Origin: Anaeromyxobacteraceae bacterium
GTDB lineage: Bacteria; Myxococcota; Myxococcia; Myxococcales; Anaeromyxobacteraceae
Assembly (NCBI GenBank): GCA_032654565.1
Contig: JAULAX010000015.1
Location: 512,001 to 576,000 of the forward strand
Length of the DNA: 64,000 nucleotides
Reading direction: 5' to 3'
Under the pieces are notes generated by a model. That model ran no database searches. It saw only the letters and a program-made list of their open reading frames with translations, and was not told the origin of the DNA. Within the stretch, counting starts at the first letter, position 1. Each line of letters starts with the position of its first letter. Shown in pieces: positions 61,953 to 64,000 of the stretch. A program made the translations under genes and the position numbers.

Positions 61953-63782
61953 TCAGCGCCCCTCCTGGGCGAGGACTTCCTCGGTGACGCTGCGGGCGTC
62001 GAGCGGCATCCCGGTGAGGTGGGCCACCGAGCGCAGCCGCCCCACCAGCGACGGGTCGAGGTCGAGCGTGAGCAGCGAGAGCAGCTGGGCGTCGCGATCC
62101 TGCTCGACCACGTAGACCCGGTCGTGGGCGGCCACGAAGTCGCGGACCGCGGCGGCGAAGGGCCAGGCCCGCACCCGCAGGTAGTCGGCCGGGAGCCCGG
62201 CCTCGGCGTGGAGCTGGGCCAGGGCCTCGCGCACCGCCGGGTCGGAGGAGCCGTGGGCCAGCAGGCCGATCCGGGCGCCGGCGCCGGTGACCACCGGCGG
62301 GGGGAGCGCGGCCCGGGCCCCCTCGAACTTGCGGCGCAGCCGCGCCATGTTCTTCTGGTAGACGTCGGAGCGCTCGCTGTAGCCGGCCTGCTCGTCGTGG
62401 CCGGTGCCGCGGGTGAAGTAGGCGGCCTTCGGGTGGTCGGTGCCCGGCAGCGTCCGCCAGCCGATGCCGTCGCCGTCGACGTCCTTGTAGCGGGCGAAGC
62501 CGCCCAGCCGCTCCAGGTCGGCCTTCCCGAGCACCTTGCCGCGGTCCAGCGGCGTCTCCGGGTAGGGGAGCGGGTCGGCCATCCAGTTGTTCATGCCGAG
62601 GTCGAGGTCGGAGAGGACGAAGACCGGGGTCTGGAACCGCTCGGCGAGATCGAAGGCCTGGCCGGTCATGGTGAAGCACTCCTCCACCGAGCCGGGGAAG
62701 AGCAGCAGCTGCTGGGTGTCGCCGTGGGAGAGGAAGGCGGTGGAGAGCAGGTCGCCCTGCGAGGTCCGGGTGGGCAGGCCGGTGGACGGCCCCACCCGCT
62801 GCACGTTGACGATCACCGCCGGCACCTCGGCGAAGTAGCCGAGGCCGGCGAACTCGGCCATCAGCGAGACGCCCGGGCCGCTGGTGGCGGTCATGGCCCG
62901 GGCCCCGGCCCAGCCGGCGCCGATCACCATGCCGATGGCGGCCAGCTCGTCCTCGGCCTGCAGCACCGCGAAGGTGGCCTGGCCGTCGGCGGTGCGCCGG
63001 TGCTCCTCGAGGTAGCCGTGCAGCGACTCCACCACCGAGGTGGAGGGGGTGATGGGGTACCAGGTCACCACGGTGACGCCGGCGAAGAGGGCCCCCAGCG
63101 CCGCGGCGGCGTTGCCGTCGATGATGATCTTGCCGCGGGTGGCGTCCATGCGCTCCACCCGGTAGGGGTCGCGCTTCTCGACGCCGGCGGCGTGGGCCAG
63201 CCCGGCCTGGATGGCGCGCAGGTTGAGCGCCAGCGCCTTGGGCTTGGCGCCGAAGACCCGCCCCAGGGCCGCCTCCACCTCGGCGACCTCGAGGCCGAGC
63301 AGGCCGGCCAGGACGCCGACGTAGACCATGTTGCGCAGCAGCTTGCGCAGCCGGGCGTCGGCGCTGACCGGCGCCACCAGGTCGTCGAAGGGGACCGGGT
63401 AGAAGGCCAGGTCGGAGCGCAGCGACTCCAGCTCCAGCGGGGCGTCGTAGACCACCACCGCGCCCGGCCGCAGCCCGGCGACGTCGTCGCGGGCGGTCTC
63501 GCCGTTCATGGCCACCAGCACGTCGACGTCGCGCTGGCGCGCCACCCACCCATGGCGGGAGACGCGGATGGTGTACCAGGTGGGAAGCCCGGCGATGTTG
63601 GAGGGGAAGAGGTTCTTCCCCGAGACCGGGATGCCCATCTGGAAGAGGGTCCGCAGCAGCACGGTGTTGGCGCTCTGCGAGCCCGAGCCGTTGACGGTGG
63701 CGACCTGGATGGAGAAGTCGTTGGTGACGGCGCGCGCGCGCGGTGCCACCCGGCGCGTCGCCTCGAGCTCTGCGGTGGTCAT
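61953..63782 (-). CDS. 2-oxoacid:acceptor oxidoreductase alpha subunit (fused gamma-alpha)
   Basis: NGSGSQSAN, WYPITPST, QAEDELAA, TSGPGVSLM, QRVGPSTGLPT. Confidence 0.95.
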   Translation of the reverse strand: MTTAELEATRRVAPRARAVTNDFSIQVATVNGSGSQSANTVLLRTLFQMGIPVSGKNLFPSNIAGLPTWYTIRVSRHGWVARQRDVDVLVAMNGETARDDVAGLRPGAVVVYDAPLELESLRSDLAFYPVPFDDLVAPVSADARLRKLLRNMVYVGVLAGLLGLEVAEVEAALGRVFGAKPKALALNLRAIQAGLAHAAGVEKRDPYRVERMDATRGKIIIDGNAAAALGALFAGVTVVTWYPITPSTSVVESLHGYLEEHRRTADGQATFAVLQAEDELAAIGMVIGAGWAGARAMTATSGPGVSLMAEFAGLGYFAEVPAVIVNVQRVGPSTGLPTRTSQGDLLSTAFLSHGDTQQLLLFPGSVEECFTMTGQAFDLAERFQTPVFVLSDLDLGMNNWMADPLPYPETPLDRGKVLGKADLERLGGFARYKDVDGDGIGWRTLPGTDHPKAAYFTRGTGHDEQAGYSERSDVYQKNMARLRRKFEGARAALPPPVVTGAGARIGLLAHGSSDPAVREALAQLHAEAGLPADYLRVRAWPFAAAVRDFVAAHDRVYVVEQDRDAQLLSLLTLDLDPSLVGRLRSVAHLTGMPLDARSVTEEVLAQEGR

Positions 63783-63963
63783 GACGACGGGGTCCACTTT
63801 CCGGGACGGGACGGAGCCGCGTCGCCGCCGGAGAGTTAGCCGGGAGCGCCCCCGATTGCCCCTCACACGGGCGCAGAGCGTTCGTTGACCCCCGCGAGGG
63901 GCGTGCCGGCCGCCGCTCCGGTCCACGAAATTCCGGCCGGCGATCCGCGTAGGGAAGGGGGAG

Positions 63964-64000
63964 ATGGCCACCTTCCTGCTCTGGATCATCCTCTTCGTCG
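63964..64000 (+). CDS. Start of a hydrophobic hypothetical protein, runs off the window
   Basis: GGGGAG RBS then MATFLLWIILFV. Confidence 0.5.
   Translation, partial: MATFLLWIILFV

Overview
Very GC-rich bacterial chromosome segment. Gene content and codon style suggest Myxococcota, Anaeromyxobacter-like (inference, not searched). 1-~4040 is an accessory island: the 3' part of an Rhs/YD-repeat protein with an unrecognised C-terminal domain, a lipoprotein and a membrane ORF. The island abuts a headless 3' fragment of kdsC. Core genes follow: lipid A acyltransferase-lptC-lptA-lptB-rpoN-hpf-ptsN. Next is a tusA-hdrA-mvhD/G(fused)-mvhA-protease [NiFe] hydrogenase operon with no hdrBC in the window and an HdrA lacking the Cys motif that normally feeds HdrBC. 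Then come a Yip1-TolC-adaptor-MacB-type ABC exporter with a signal peptidase I, a DUF1460 amidase, an internally deleted panE, a porin, GMP reductase, M64 peptidase, ilvD, a collagen-like lipoprotein, pgi, an RsmB-family methyltransferase, a hybrid kinase, ABC-F, lemA/M48, dksA-like and HAD genes. After these lie a strongly structured candidate sRNA (~45490-45645), fadH, an fpg/nei remnant, an HNH gene, a 2-hydroxyacyl-CoA dehydratase trio, lipid-metabolism genes, padR-pspC, a ferritin-like gene and a 2-oxoacid:ferredoxin oxidoreductase. An 18-bp motif recurs upstream of three envelope/lipid loci. I saw no rRNA, tRNA, CRISPR array or transposase. All calls come from reading motifs by eye; no searches were run.
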